Positions 38,535-48,765 are shown, counted from the stretch's first letter. The stretch is 64,000 nt of DNA from a virus (IMGVR_UViG_2724679538_000004:1-64000), one strand, 5' to 3'. Made by a program: numbers and translations. The notes: generated by a model not told the origin, from the sequence alone.

Positions 38535-39365
38535 ATGAAGAAAGGTTTACTGGCAGTGATCGTGGCCGCTGTTTGCACAATGGGTCTTACTGGCTGTGAT
38601 CGCGTAGAGCCAGGATACGTTGGCATCAAGGTAAACAAATTAGGTGAAGACAAAGGGATTGGTGAAGTAGTTGGTGTTGGTCGCCAATGGACAGGTCTTA
38701 ACACCGAACTTTACGTATTCCCGACCTTCAAACAAATGAAGACCTACGACGAGCCGTTCACATTCCAGATGAGTGACGGTACTGCTATTGGTCACAAAAT
38801 TGGCGTTGCGTATCTGGTTAATCGTGACAAGGTAACGACGGTGTTCCAGACCTATCGCAAAGGCGTAGACGATATCACCGAATCAGATCTGCGTCAGAAA
38901 ATTGCCGACTCTCTAAACCGTTTGGCCAGCCGTATGACCACTGACGCATTTATCGACGGTGGTAAGGCACAATTGCTGGACAACGCACTGAAAGATATTC
39001 AGAAAGAGATGTCTCCGGTTGGTATTGAGGTACTGAGCCTGTCATGGGTTGGAAAGCCTGATTACCCAAAAACCGTCATAGAATCTATCAACGCCAAAGT
39101 AACGGCTAACCAGCGTACTCTGCAACGTCAGCAGGAAGTAGAACAACGTAAAGCTGAGGCGAATATGCTGCGTGAACAGGCTAATGGTGAAGCTGATGCT
39201 ATCCGTGCTCGTGCGCAGGCAGAAGCAGACGCCATTCGTCTGCGCGGTGAAGCTCTGCGTCAGAACCCTAACGTTATGGAACTGGAAGCCATCAATAAAT
39301 GGAATGGTCAGTTACCGCAGTACATGACTCAAGGCGCTAACACTCCTTTCATTACAGTGAAATAA
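38535..39365 (+). CDS. SPFH/band-7 domain lipoprotein
   Basis: Lipobox LTGC; SPFH-like core and C-terminal coiled coil rich in QRQQEVEQRKAEA. Confidence 0.6.
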   Translation: MKKGLLAVIVAAVCTMGLTGCDRVEPGYVGIKVNKLGEDKGIGEVVGVGRQWTGLNTELYVFPTFKQMKTYDEPFTFQMSDGTAIGHKIGVAYLVNRDKVTTVFQTYRKGVDDITESDLRQKIADSLNRLASRMTTDAFIDGGKAQLLDNALKDIQKEMSPVGIEVLSLSWVGKPDYPKTVIESINAKVTANQRTLQRQQEVEQRKAEANMLREQANGEADAIRARAQAEADAIRLRGEALRQNPNVMELEAINKWNGQLPQYMTQGANTPFITVK

Positions 39366-39383
39366 CTCTACTTAAGAAGATCA

Positions 39384-39409
39384 GGCGTCCAGTTGGACGC
39401 CGTTTTTTT
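39384..39409 (+). terminator. rho-independent terminator (GGCGTC family)
   Basis: GGCGTCC-agtt-GGACGCC GTTTTTTT. Confidence 0.75.
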
Positions 39410-39428
39410 GTTGTTATTATCACCATCA

Positions 39429-39448
39429 AGAAAACAATTTGTTTAAAA
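39429..39448. promoter_or_regulatory. motif B element
   Basis: AGAAAACAATTTGTTTAAAA. Confidence 0.5.
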
Positions 39449-39461
39449 GGAGAAGTAAACC

Positions 39462-39887
39462 GTGACAGCAATTAAGAAACTCTACGATGCCGCAAACGCA
39501 GCTCTGGATGTTATTGATGATGAAGTATCAAAAGGCTTTCCTGAACCTGATTGGGCGCATCAGCTACGAAACGCTATAGCTGAAATGAGTCCTCCAGAGC
39601 CAACGCCTGACGAGGCTGACTGGCAGCGATTCATCCGTATGTACGCTGAGGAAATCGGACCAACGCCAACGGCGGAACAAGCAATGCTACTGAAATACTT
39701 TAAAGAGGCTGGGGAAGATTTGCCAATCGACGAATCGGCACACTGGTTTCACTGCGCATGGCGCAAGTACGACGTGATCTACACCCGTGGAATGGGCAGT
39801 AAAGATATGGTTGTGTGGCATCTTCTACATATAGATAGAGCCGTTGATAACGTAATCGAAAAGTTCTTCCCTAATGAAGAAGATTGA
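39462..39887 (+). CDS. hypothetical protein
   Basis: 141 aa, GTG start after GGAGAAG. Confidence 0.4.
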   Translation: MTAIKKLYDAANAALDVIDDEVSKGFPEPDWAHQLRNAIAEMSPPEPTPDEADWQRFIRMYAEEIGPTPTAEQAMLLKYFKEAGEDLPIDESAHWFHCAWRKYDVIYTRGMGSKDMVVWHLLHIDRAVDNVIEKFFPNEED

Positions 39888-39906
39888 TGCCCTTTTTGGC
39901 GAGAAG

Positions 39907-39921
39907 ATAATAAGTAAGTAC
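39907..39921. repeat. motif A copy (partial)
   Basis: ATAATAAGTAAGTAC. Confidence 0.5.
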
Positions 39922-39941
39922 AAATCACAAAAGGAAAGCAC

Positions 39942-40217
39942 ATGAAAACTCTGGTTCAAATTTCAGCAAGTTTAGGCTGCGCTACTCACCCAATGTTCAT
40001 CTTGAACTGCGAAGGTCTTGATGAAGGAGAGATTGACGCACTTGTCGACCGTATTCTCATTGAATACACGGGGCATGATGCGAGTAATGTTTTTGTTGAT
40101 AGTAACGGTGTCTACAGATGTAACAGTGATTGCTGGTATAGAGAAGACGTTAAAAACATTAGCGATGAAGATGCAGAGCACCTGGAGCGCATTCTTGGCA
40201 TTCCTACATTGAAGTAA
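39942..40217 (+). CDS. hypothetical protein
   Basis: 91 aa; AAAGGAAAGCACATG initiation region. Confidence 0.45.
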   Translation: MKTLVQISASLGCATHPMFILNCEGLDEGEIDALVDRILIEYTGHDASNVFVDSNGVYRCNSDCWYREDVKNISDEDAEHLERILGIPTLK

Positions 40218-40432
40218 ATTTACACTACGATATATATAAGTTAGCATTTACCTATCATGAAGATATATTTAGAAGCCATCTTGCTTATATTATCAACAAT
40301 GTTTGTCTTGGATTGTATGTTTACAGGTGTAATCCGCAGCGTTCTTTCCCCTGTCAACGAAGTAGTAATCAATTCGTTGGCCGTTGTACTCCTCTTCAAT
40401 TCTGCTTTTAAGGTGATTTACGAGGTAGCTGC

Positions 40433-40768
40433 GTGAAGGCGATAACTTTCTCACTAGTGTTTCTATCATCTTTGGTAATGGCGGATACCTCTGTTTATGA
40501 GTGCGATATGTCAGTTGCCAGTATCAACAAAGGCGCGATCACCAACATCACAAAGGCGCCATATGGCGCAATGGTAGTGGACAGCGGTGACCAGTTTTAC
40601 GTCCTTCGTGATGATCGTGTTTTGTCATCTCCTCATCTTTCGGATCGGAATGGCAAACTGACCGGAGTAGGAGAAGACCACTTCACATACAACAAATACC
40701 AGGGCTTTTATGGCATTCACGCTTCTACAAAAAGCTACCTTTTCGATGACTGCAAGGAGATTGGATAA
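40433..40768 (+). CDS. hypothetical secreted protein
   Basis: N-terminal signal peptide MKAITFSLVFLSSLVMA. Confidence 0.45.
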   Translation: MKAITFSLVFLSSLVMADTSVYECDMSVASINKGAITNITKAPYGAMVVDSGDQFYVLRDDRVLSSPHLSDRNGKLTGVGEDHFTYNKYQGFYGIHASTKSYLFDDCKEIG

Positions 40769-40980
40769 TGGCGGTGACACTGGCAGGTCTGGAAATCGAG
40801 AAAACAAGCGGATACTGGCGTTCCAAAGGATTCAAAAAAGCCAGCATACAAGATCGGCTAGAGCGTGAAGATGGATACATCATCCACCAGCGCAAGGAGT
40901 GGAGAATGGTTGATCCTGAGACTGGTAAGCTCGCAACGAAGGCTCAGACACTCTGGGGTTTATTGAAGAAAATTCACTGA
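40768..40980 (+). CDS. hypothetical protein
   Basis: 70 aa, ATG overlaps upstream stop. Confidence 0.35.
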   Translation: MAVTLAGLEIEKTSGYWRSKGFKKASIQDRLEREDGYIIHQRKEWRMVDPETGKLATKAQTLWGLLKKIH

Positions 40981-40988
40981 TAACACCA

Positions 40989-41468
40989 ACCACTGCGGTG
41001 AGTAGTCTGCTCACCGCATTCGTATCCAGCTCATTATCCACTGTAGTCAGTAACAAAACCTTCCTACATATCTGCTAACCACTGTAGCGAGTAGACAGCC
41101 TTTCATTCGCATCAAACAACCACTATGGTGAGTATTGGAGTGAGATGTCCAGCGGGTATCCACTATGGTGAGTAAGCCTTTGCTGTTTTCAGTGGATATC
41201 CACTCGCCACAGTGGATACGCTCAAAGATGAGGGCGACAACAACCACTATAGACAGTAAATTTTCCAAGATACCCAGTGACCACTAACCTCGCAGCCCTT
41301 GTTTCATCAGTGTTAGTGATCACTAACATTTAATTCAGTATTTGCATTCTACTGCCTACAGTGGTTATCAACAGATAACGATACTCACTATAGTGGATAG
41401 CGAATTACAGATATAAGTAAGGCTCACTACAGTGGATAGTGAGCCTTACTACTAACTACAGTGGTTGG
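40989..41468. repeat. iteron array downstream of repA (incA-like copy-control locus)
   Basis: About 11 copies of CCACT(A/G)(T/C)(A/G)GTG(A/G)GTA-type repeats, several in inverted pairs. Confidence 0.7.
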
Positions 41469-41469
41469 G

Positions 41470-42525
41470 CTATTTGCGAGTCTTTGCCTTGCGCAACTCT
41501 TCGAGAAGCGCCAGTTCTTCTTTACTCAACATGACCATTTTGCCTTCTTTTTCGTCAGGCGCAACGTCGATAATGTCATCTTGATTCTCATCTGGGAGGC
41601 TATATTCCGTCTCATCATTATCGATTTTTGTTGATATTTGTGCCTGGCGTAACTTTGGCCGCCTATAGTGGATGACGAAGTAGACCGAGTTTCCGCGCTT
41701 AACTTCCGTGTAATCGAGATATCCTATCTCTCGCAGCTGTTCCATAGCCTTTCTTACCGTCGCATTCTGAGTAATAGTGCGACTTGTCAGATTAAGTCTG
41801 GCGCGTAAACGGGCTAGTGATATTGGTGCCGGATCAGGCGGCAAACTTTCAATAAAAGTATAAAGCGCCTGAGCGGATTCTTTTCTTGAGAGTTCGTTTA
41901 TAGCCCGGAGTTGCAGAAGAACCTTTTTGTCGAACTGGTAGAGTTCGAAAATCTTGGGATCTGCTTTCAGTTCGACCGTATCGTGCTTGACACTATATTT
42001 TGCCGTTTGCACAAGATGCGTTACGTAAAACTCATCAGAGCCTTTGCTACGGAACGAGATGGTATTTGTGGCAATACGGCTTAGCGAACTGTCCAGGCGT
42101 TTGCGTAACTTCGCTGATGACCTGGCGGTCGGAATGCCACACAGCCTTACAAACTCAACGAACGGCAACGTGACGGTATCGCCAACGACCTTGTGTTTGG
42201 CAAACGCGTGGATTATTCCCACCCACGTTTTAAAGTCGTTATCCATATCAAGCCGAAGGCCAGAGATCCTTATGTCTTCGTACCCTTCTGCTTTTGCCAG
42301 AGACAGCTGTTTGAGTTCAGCAGAGGCATCCATAGAGACCATTTGCCCCTTTCTTCCTCTGGATGTCGATTTCAGCGTCGGAACGAAGAGGCCCAGACGC
42401 ATCAAAGCAACAGGCTGAACAGTGTTATTAGTGTTAGGAACCAACGTAACAACTTCGCCTGTCTTTTTATCTGTTTCTGAAAATGCTTCAACGATCGCTA
42501 TGTTTTTATTGCCGTTTTCGCTCAT
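41470..42525 (-). CDS. repA: iteron-binding plasmid replication initiator (RepA/Rep_3-like)
   Basis: 351 aa, flanked on both sides by arrays of its presumptive binding repeats; C-terminal winged-helix-like region. Confidence 0.7.
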   Translation of the reverse strand: MSENGNKNIAIVEAFSETDKKTGEVVTLVPNTNNTVQPVALMRLGLFVPTLKSTSRGRKGQMVSMDASAELKQLSLAKAEGYEDIRISGLRLDMDNDFKTWVGIIHAFAKHKVVGDTVTLPFVEFVRLCGIPTARSSAKLRKRLDSSLSRIATNTISFRSKGSDEFYVTHLVQTAKYSVKHDTVELKADPKIFELYQFDKKVLLQLRAINELSRKESAQALYTFIESLPPDPAPISLARLRARLNLTSRTITQNATVRKAMEQLREIGYLDYTEVKRGNSVYFVIHYRRPKLRQAQISTKIDNDETEYSLPDENQDDIIDVAPDEKEGKMVMLSKEELALLEELRKAKTRK

Positions 42526-42569
42526 TCCAAATGTCTCTTGTTATTCGACGGCTTTGGTGGCCTTTGCTG

Positions 42570-42691
42570 ATTACAGTGGATAGTAGCACTCATCACAGCG
42601 GTTATCCTACCGTCTATAGTGGTTTTTCTCCTCTCTATAGTGGTTGCTTTGCTCCCTATAGTGGATTATTTGCTCTCTATAGTGGATATCG
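42570..42691. repeat. iteron array upstream of repA (about 6 copies, 21-22 bp phasing)
   Basis: CTCTATAGTGG(A/T)T repeated at helical spacing. Confidence 0.8.
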
Positions 42692-42799
42692 ATCATGTCT
42701 GAAGGCAGATGGCACAACGGTTTGAGGTGGGCGGGGATCTTATTGGGTCTTTATGGGTCTCTTTGGTTCTCTTTGTGATCTGAATTACTGGATCGGGCC

Positions 42800-42808
42800 T
42801 GTGGATAA
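42800..42808. promoter_or_regulatory. DnaA box
   Basis: TGTGGATAA (reverse complement of TTATCCACA) between iteron arrays, next to AT-rich stretch. Confidence 0.6.
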
Positions 42809-42967
42809 AAATCAGAGGATTACAAGAACAGGTAACTCTACTCTTCTGTGGATATTTAAGGACATAAGAATCATGACTAAGAGTAGAGTTTAAAATATAT
42901 CTATGTGTATCAGTATGTTAATGAAGAATTAAGTCATTAAGTTATCCATAAAAGACAATGTGCTCTA

Positions 42968-43072
42968 CTCTCTACAGTGGATATATACAGCTCTCCAGAG
43001 TGGTTGTTTTACTCTTCATAGCGGTTATTCTGCTCTCTACAGAGGTTACTTTGCTCTCCATAGTGGATGGCA
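42968..43072. repeat. iteron array (5 copies, 22-bp phasing)
   Basis: CTCTACAGTGGAT, CTCCAGAGTGGTT, CTTCATAGCGGTT, CTCTACAGAGGTT, CTCCATAGTGGAT. Confidence 0.8.
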
Positions 43073-43109
43073 ACACCCTTTCAGACCAGTAACCGCAACG
43101 CCTGGAGGC

Positions 43110-43181
43110 GATCGGGGATCTCTTTGGATCTTCTGTTTGATCTTACTTGGGATCTCTTATTTGGATCTATCCAGTGGATAA
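43110..43181. other. GATC-bearing direct repeats plus DnaA-box-like site (origin-type element)
   Basis: Five (T)TGGATCT-like units each with GATC; AGTGGATAA at 43173-43181. Confidence 0.55.
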
Positions 43182-43268
43182 CTGGGATAAGTAAAACAGG
43201 CAAATGCAGATTAAGGTATGCCTAATGAGTTATCGTAGCATCGGCTAATAACTACTGAAAAAACGATT

Positions 43269-43913
43269 ATGGATCTAAAACGCACGCGCTGGGTTCGTCG
43301 TCTTGAGGACGGCTCCTACACCATCGAATCAAATTCCAACCTGAATAAGCAGAAGTTACTTTGTGATATCTGCGGTATAGCAGCGAAGTGCCCGATCTAC
43401 GAAACCAGAATTAAACTTGATAAGGCTGGTGTGAACTTTCATTTGAATAGTTGTATCAGGTACGTTCCATTGCTCGCATTTCGTAAACCGATCATCGGAT
43501 TGGATGCGCCCTACTTCAACACACTCCGTTCAGGAGTAACGTGGCGAGATCGTTTATCACCAGACAAACTGATTTGCCTTGTATCCGCAGATACAGGAAA
43601 AATCATCCGTTTTGGGAAAGTAGACAAGGTTTACTCAGGCCCAGTTGACGAGATGTTGCGGAAACACAGCCGGTTTAATCACCTCTGCATGGGTGGTGAG
43701 AAAATCGAGAAAGTTGAAGAAGTGATCCGCAAATCCTACGGACACTTCCTGACCAAAGATAGCCTGCTCACTGCAATCTACATCAGACATGTAAAACGTG
43801 AGTTCGACCTTGAATACCATAGCGAAGAAGAACTGAACCTTGTCGATCCACGTCCTAAAGCTGGCGTCATAAACATAAACGCAGCGCGTAAAAAGCCCAC
43901 TGACGCACTGTAA
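43269..43913 (+). CDS. hypothetical protein
   Basis: 214-aa ORF. Confidence 0.45.
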   Translation: MDLKRTRWVRRLEDGSYTIESNSNLNKQKLLCDICGIAAKCPIYETRIKLDKAGVNFHLNSCIRYVPLLAFRKPIIGLDAPYFNTLRSGVTWRDRLSPDKLICLVSADTGKIIRFGKVDKVYSGPVDEMLRKHSRFNHLCMGGEKIEKVEEVIRKSYGHFLTKDSLLTAIYIRHVKREFDLEYHSEEELNLVDPRPKAGVININAARKKPTDAL

Positions 43914-44035
43914 CCCTCCAGAACGCATAATGGCGTAGAGTTTAACTACGCCTCATCAAAATCGCTCTCATGACGTTCTACAGTGTCACTGTCTGATTTT
44001 TAGCCACATATAAAAGCAAAGTTACGCCATTTGGA

Positions 44036-44057
44036 ATAGGTATATACTTACTTATAA
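44036..44057. repeat. motif A copy
   Basis: AATAGGTATATACTTACTTATA. Confidence 0.6.
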
Positions 44058-44167
44058 ATCTTGTATATTAAGGCGCTCGTTTCATTCCTAACATACCGTT
44101 ATGCATAGTTGTTTACCTTCTTATTACTCTTAAAATTTGTATCAAAATAACCACAAAGGAAAAACAC

Positions 44168-45253
44168 ATGACTTTGCCATACGGCGTCATTTCTGACTGC
44201 CACTACCACAAATGGGATGCGTTCTCCACGACGAACGCTGAGGGGCTTAACTCCAGACTTGAAATACAGTTGGAAGCAACGAAAGAAGCAGCCATCGCCA
44301 TGAAGAAGGCCGGTTGTAAGTACATGTTGGTTGCCGGTGATACATTTCACGTCCGAGGAACTGTGTCCCCTTCTGTTCTGCATTACGTAACTGAAACGTA
44401 CAAGTGGATTATCAATGAGCTTGATTTGACAGTAGTAATGCTGGCCGGTAATCACGATCTTGAAACTAACGATTCAGTATATAGCGCCAACGCAGCGGCA
44501 TCGCTGAGTTCTATCGGCGTGGTAATCGTATGTGGCAAGCGCCCACACTCAATCAAAATCGGTGATGTCACTGTTCATCTGATTAGCTGGCGTAACAATC
44601 ATGCGGAGCTTATCAGCGATCTGAAAGCATTACGCAAAAGCGTAGAAGGCGACAACCACGACGTGGTTATCCATACATCCATTAACAAAGCCATTCCAAC
44701 AATGCCTGACGTCGGTATCGACGCGCAGGAGCTAAAGGATATCGGTTTTCGTCTTGTACTTAGTGGGCATTACCACAATCACAAAGAAGTCATTCCTGGA
44801 GTTATCAGTGTCGGTGCACTGACTCATCAGAATTGGGGAGATGTTGGATCTCTGGCGGGATATATGATCGTAAACCCAGACGGCAGTTTCAGTCACTACG
44901 AAACCAGTGCGCCTAAATTCATTAACCTGGAAGATGATGTTGCTGATGACCAGATTCGCGGCAACTACGTGCGCTTCCGTGCCGTAATCGAGAACGACGA
45001 GGAAGGCATTAAGTACCAGAATATCCTCAAAACAATGGGTGCGAAAGGTGTTGTGTGCAACTTCATCCGTAAATCATCAATGATGGAAGGTACAGCCAGC
45101 ACAACTGAAACCAGCAAAATTGATAGCCTGGGAGAGTCTGTATCTGCTTACTGCAAAATTGTTCACGATACTGACGGTGGTTTTGAACTAAGCAAGCTGG
45201 ACACCTTGTGTCAGGAGATCCTTACCGAAGCTGAGAGTTCGGAGACCGTATGA
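44168..45253 (+). CDS. SbcD/Mre11-like nuclease (calcineurin-like phosphoesterase)
   Basis: Metallophosphatase motifs SDCHYH, VAGDTFH, LAGNHD, GHYH. Confidence 0.8.
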   Translation: MTLPYGVISDCHYHKWDAFSTTNAEGLNSRLEIQLEATKEAAIAMKKAGCKYMLVAGDTFHVRGTVSPSVLHYVTETYKWIINELDLTVVMLAGNHDLETNDSVYSANAAASLSSIGVVIVCGKRPHSIKIGDVTVHLISWRNNHAELISDLKALRKSVEGDNHDVVIHTSINKAIPTMPDVGIDAQELKDIGFRLVLSGHYHNHKEVIPGVISVGALTHQNWGDVGSLAGYMIVNPDGSFSHYETSAPKFINLEDDVADDQIRGNYVRFRAVIENDEEGIKYQNILKTMGAKGVVCNFIRKSSMMEGTASTTETSKIDSLGESVSAYCKIVHDTDGGFELSKLDTLCQEILTEAESSETV

Positions 45254-45468
45254 CCAGTAAATATTACGGAAGGATCAGATGGTGCACCGGGGCCATGACG
45301 CGTTTGCGCCGCGGCGAAGTCGTAATGGTTCAGAAATCGAACTTCAAAAATGATGCTCGTCTTTTGAAATATCTTAATAGCCTCGCCAGAAAAGGCCTGC
45401 TGGACAGCACTGATTTTCCTTCACACAAAGAATTTCGCATGACCGAAGAGCAAAAAAGTCGTTTCTGA
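45250..45468 (+). CDS. hypothetical small protein between sbcD and sbcC homologues
   Basis: 72 aa, ATGA overlap with upstream gene. Confidence 0.4.
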   Translation: MTSKYYGRIRWCTGAMTRLRRGEVVMVQKSNFKNDARLLKYLNSLARKGLLDSTDFPSHKEFRMTEEQKSRF

Positions 45469-45477
45469 GAGGCGTTA

Positions 45478-47394
45478 ATGAAATTTCTAAAACTCCAGGT
45501 AGAAAATTTTATGGCGCTGGCAAGCGCCGAAGTAGATTTAGACCAACGAGGCTTGGTACTCATTCAGGGTGTTAACAGCGGCGATTCTTCTGCGGCCAGC
45601 AATGGCGCTGGTAAATCTACTTTGATGAACAGCCTGATGTGGTGTCTGTATGGCGAAACTGCGCATGGAGTCAAAGGTGACGACGTGCTGTCTACAGGCT
45701 ACGAGAAAAACTGTCGTGTAATGGTGACTGTTGAGGATGAAGGCAAGAGATACGCGATCATTCGTCACCGTAAACACAAAGAGTTCAAGAACCGGCTGAT
45801 CATCCGCGGTGAAGACGGTGACATGACCAAAGGCAAGGACACGCTGACGCAGGAGTTCGTTGAACGTCTGATTGGTGCATCGAAAGAGGTGTTCATGGCG
45901 TCTATCTACGCCAGTCAGGAAGCAATGCCAGATCTACCTGGGATGTCCGACAAAAACCTCAAAACCATCGTAGAAGAGGCCGCTGGTGTAGACAGACTAA
46001 CACGCGCTTACGCCATCGCTCGTGAACGTGCTAATGCAGCTGCCGCACGAATGGATGTTGTCAAAACCAAAATAGAGTCGGCCATTTCCACTATTGAGTC
46101 CACACAGTCCGAAATTGATTCCGCAAAAGCCTCTTCTGAGTCATGGGAAAAAGAACGTTCTAAGCGCTATGACGATGCCCTGGCTGGGTTGGCCAGTGCC
46201 GAGGTCGAATTAACGGAAGTCGAGCTTGAGATCCGCACTCTTCCCGAGCAAATCCGTGATACCGAGAAGGCAATCGAAAGTGAGCGCAATAAATTGGCAT
46301 CAAAAGAAGAGCATGATGCTAAGTTGCTCAAAGTTCGAGGTGCGATAACTGACATTCGGTCCAGCATCAAAGCTACAGAAAGAAGCCAAAATGACGCGAT
46401 GAATCGTGCCCGTAGTTTCAAAAACAAAGCGGAAGAGGTCAACACTAAAGTTGGCGCTCCATGCCCAACGTGTGGCAAAGCTTACTGCGAGGAAGATTTG
46501 TCAACCGTGAAGGAAAGCTTCATCGAACAAGCGCGGCAGGAGATTGGGCAGGCGAAAACGCTGGCTGAGACTATGGCTAAGCACAAATCGCATCTTGAGA
46601 AAGCATTAGGCATCGAAGCTGCTCTCGTCAAAGCCACACCTGATGTGAGCGCCATCATTACCAGAATCGAAGAGCTTACGAAGCAACTTTCTTCTCTACG
46701 CCATCGGGAGAAAGAGGTTGCTGCTATTGAGTCGCTTGTTGCTCGTGCTCGTGCTGATGTTGAGCGGATCACCAAAGAGATTAACCCGTTTATTGCTCTT
46801 ATCGCGAGACACGAGGAAAGCCTTGCGACACGCAAATCAGCGTACAAGTCATTGAAAGACGAATTGAAGGCCATTCAGGAGCAATCATTGCTGTTAGAGA
46901 AAGCTCGTCAGGTTTATTCGCCAGCAGGGGTACGCTCTCACATTTTGACGTCAGTTACGCCCTTCCTTAATGCACGTACCGCTGAGTATCTCAATACGTT
47001 GTCTGACGGGAATATTACTGCTGAGTGGTCGACGATGGATGTCACTAAAAAAGGTGAGTATCGCGACAAATTCAACATTAGTGTGCAGAAGAAAGGTTCA
47101 AGTAAGTCGTTCCAGACCCTCTCTGGTGGTGAGAAGCGGAAGGTTCGCATTGCGTGTTCTTTGGCATTGCAAGATCTGGTCAGTAACCGGGCGAGTAAAA
47201 ACATCGATTTGTTTATCGGCGACGAAATTGACGATGCACTCGATACAGCCGGTCTTGAGCGCCTCATGGGTATTCTGGAGTCCAAAGCTCGCGAGCGGGG
47301 TACTGTGCTGATTATCTCCCATAAAGAGATGAAGTCATGGTTCCGGGAAACGATCACTGTCGAAGTTAAAGAGGGGCGCAGCTATGTCGTTTAA
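45478..47394 (+). CDS. SbcC/Rad50-like ATPase
   Basis: Walker A NGAGKST, signature LSGGEKRK, central coiled coil with zinc hook CPTC. Confidence 0.85.
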   Translation: MKFLKLQVENFMALASAEVDLDQRGLVLIQGVNSGDSSAASNGAGKSTLMNSLMWCLYGETAHGVKGDDVLSTGYEKNCRVMVTVEDEGKRYAIIRHRKHKEFKNRLIIRGEDGDMTKGKDTLTQEFVERLIGASKEVFMASIYASQEAMPDLPGMSDKNLKTIVEEAAGVDRLTRAYAIARERANAAAARMDVVKTKIESAISTIESTQSEIDSAKASSESWEKERSKRYDDALAGLASAEVELTEVELEIRTLPEQIRDTEKAIESERNKLASKEEHDAKLLKVRGAITDIRSSIKATERSQNDAMNRARSFKNKAEEVNTKVGAPCPTCGKAYCEEDLSTVKESFIEQARQEIGQAKTLAETMAKHKSHLEKALGIEAALVKATPDVSAIITRIEELTKQLSSLRHREKEVAAIESLVARARADVERITKEINPFIALIARHEESLATRKSAYKSLKDELKAIQEQSLLLEKARQVYSPAGVRSHILTSVTPFLNARTAEYLNTLSDGNITAEWSTMDVTKKGEYRDKFNISVQKKGSSKSFQTLSGGEKRKVRIACSLALQDLVSNRASKNIDLFIGDEIDDALDTAGLERLMGILESKARERGTVLIISHKEMKSWFRETITVEVKEGRSYVV

Positions 47395-48112
47395 ATTAAG
47401 CCGCTCGCAGTTTTTGCAGGTGTTTGCGGTGATGCAGTCAATAAAACTGATCAATGAACATACCTACAATGGTGCGGCACCAGGCATTATGTGGGGCAGC
47501 AATAATATCGACAAAGCGCAATTTGCTCAGTTGATTGGCCTAATATCCGAGACACCATTGATGCAAAGTTTGAAATCCCTGCCGTCTGGATGTACTGCCC
47601 CGATCTTGATCAATCCTTTTGTTGAAGGTGGATATATTCCCGACACCGGACCTGGGTTTATTGCAACCCATGAAAATGAAGGTCTTAACATTAAAAGCGA
47701 CGCGTACTTTGGGGCAATGGATGCACATATCTGTATGGCTTTCACGAACCTTATTCGATTTGCCAATAAGCGAGCGGATAGTTTGGCATCGCCAGGTGAT
47801 GGTTTTACCGGTTTCCTTATCGAAAGAAGGGATAAAAAGTACAGTGCGGACAAACTACAGTTCATTGGGAAGTATGGAGAAAATGCAGAAATCGAACTAC
47901 AGCTACCTCATGTTTTAGCAAACAATAGCGCAGACAGTAGGCTGTTGATGGATATCATGCGTCATTTCATTCTGGAAAGCGTTAAACATGTCGACGATAA
48001 GGCCGTCGCGCACAATACCGAATCTTTTGACTTCGCAACATTGCAAACGGCAACAGTGGTCAAATCGTTAGAGACGAGATTATTGGAAAACCCTGTATGG
48101 GGAACATGGTAA
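47384..48112 (+). CDS. hypothetical protein
   Basis: 242-aa ORF overlapping sbcC end. Confidence 0.45.
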   Translation: MSFKLSRSQFLQVFAVMQSIKLINEHTYNGAAPGIMWGSNNIDKAQFAQLIGLISETPLMQSLKSLPSGCTAPILINPFVEGGYIPDTGPGFIATHENEGLNIKSDAYFGAMDAHICMAFTNLIRFANKRADSLASPGDGFTGFLIERRDKKYSADKLQFIGKYGENAEIELQLPHVLANNSADSRLLMDIMRHFILESVKHVDDKAVAHNTESFDFATLQTATVVKSLETRLLENPVWGTW

Positions 48113-48121
48113 GGAGGCCAT

Positions 48122-48691
48122 ATGAGTAAAAAAATCAGCGTAGTTGGTGTAGACCCTTCAATGAGCAACTTTGGGCTTGCTGTGGGCACTTTAGACCTTG
48201 AAACGGACGAACTTGAGATTCAAGGCCTTACTCTTGTGGAAACTAAAGCGGGAAGCAACAAAAAGACGGTCCGCGTAAACAGCGACGATCTGCGCCGCGC
48301 GAACGAAATCTGGCGTGCAGCCAAGCCCATAATCGAGAAGGCTCAGATGGTGTTTTGCGAATTGCCGGTTGGTAGCCAGTCCAGTCGTGCGCAAACTTCA
48401 TACGGCATCTGCATTGGCGTACTAGCGTGTGTGGACAAGCCATTGATACAGGTCACACCAAACGAAATCAAACATTTTGTCGGTAACAAACTTACTACGT
48501 CGAAAGAAGAAATTATCCAGTGGGCTACGAAAAAACACCCTAAAGCACCGTGGTTGCGTCGTAAGCAATCTGGACAGGATGTGCTCGTGAATAAAAACGA
48601 ACATTTGGCTGATGCTGTGGCAGCCATCCATACCGGTATGCAAACAGATCAGTTCCGTCAGGTACGTGAAATGCTCAAGTCACTTATATAA
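48122..48691 (+). CDS. RuvC-like Holliday junction resolvase
   Basis: N-terminal ISVVGVDPSMSNFGLAV and C-terminal NEHLADAVAAIH resemble RuvC catalytic motifs; AAGGAGG RBS. Confidence 0.65.
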   Translation: MSKKISVVGVDPSMSNFGLAVGTLDLETDELEIQGLTLVETKAGSNKKTVRVNSDDLRRANEIWRAAKPIIEKAQMVFCELPVGSQSSRAQTSYGICIGVLACVDKPLIQVTPNEIKHFVGNKLTTSKEEIIQWATKKHPKAPWLRRKQSGQDVLVNKNEHLADAVAAIHTGMQTDQFRQVREMLKSLI

Positions 48692-48700
48692 ACCAGATTG

Positions 48701-48720
48701 ATAGGTAAGTACTTATCTAT
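48701..48720. repeat. motif A copy
   Basis: ATAGGTAAGTACTTATCTAT. Confidence 0.75.
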
Positions 48721-48765
48721 TAACATGGGCCACTACATTTAGTGGCCCTTTTTATTTGGTGATAC

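Noticed and set aside
42044-42725. + strand ORFs 42044-42418, 42193-42480 and 42483-42725 over repA and the iterons
   Set aside because: Antisense to repA or spanning iteron repeats; translations are repeat-derived.
40989-43072. Repeat arrays considered as a possible CRISPR array
   Set aside because: Repeat units are only 12-15 bp with 7-10 bp between them at helical phasing, flanking a rep gene with a DnaA box; no cas genes. These are iterons.
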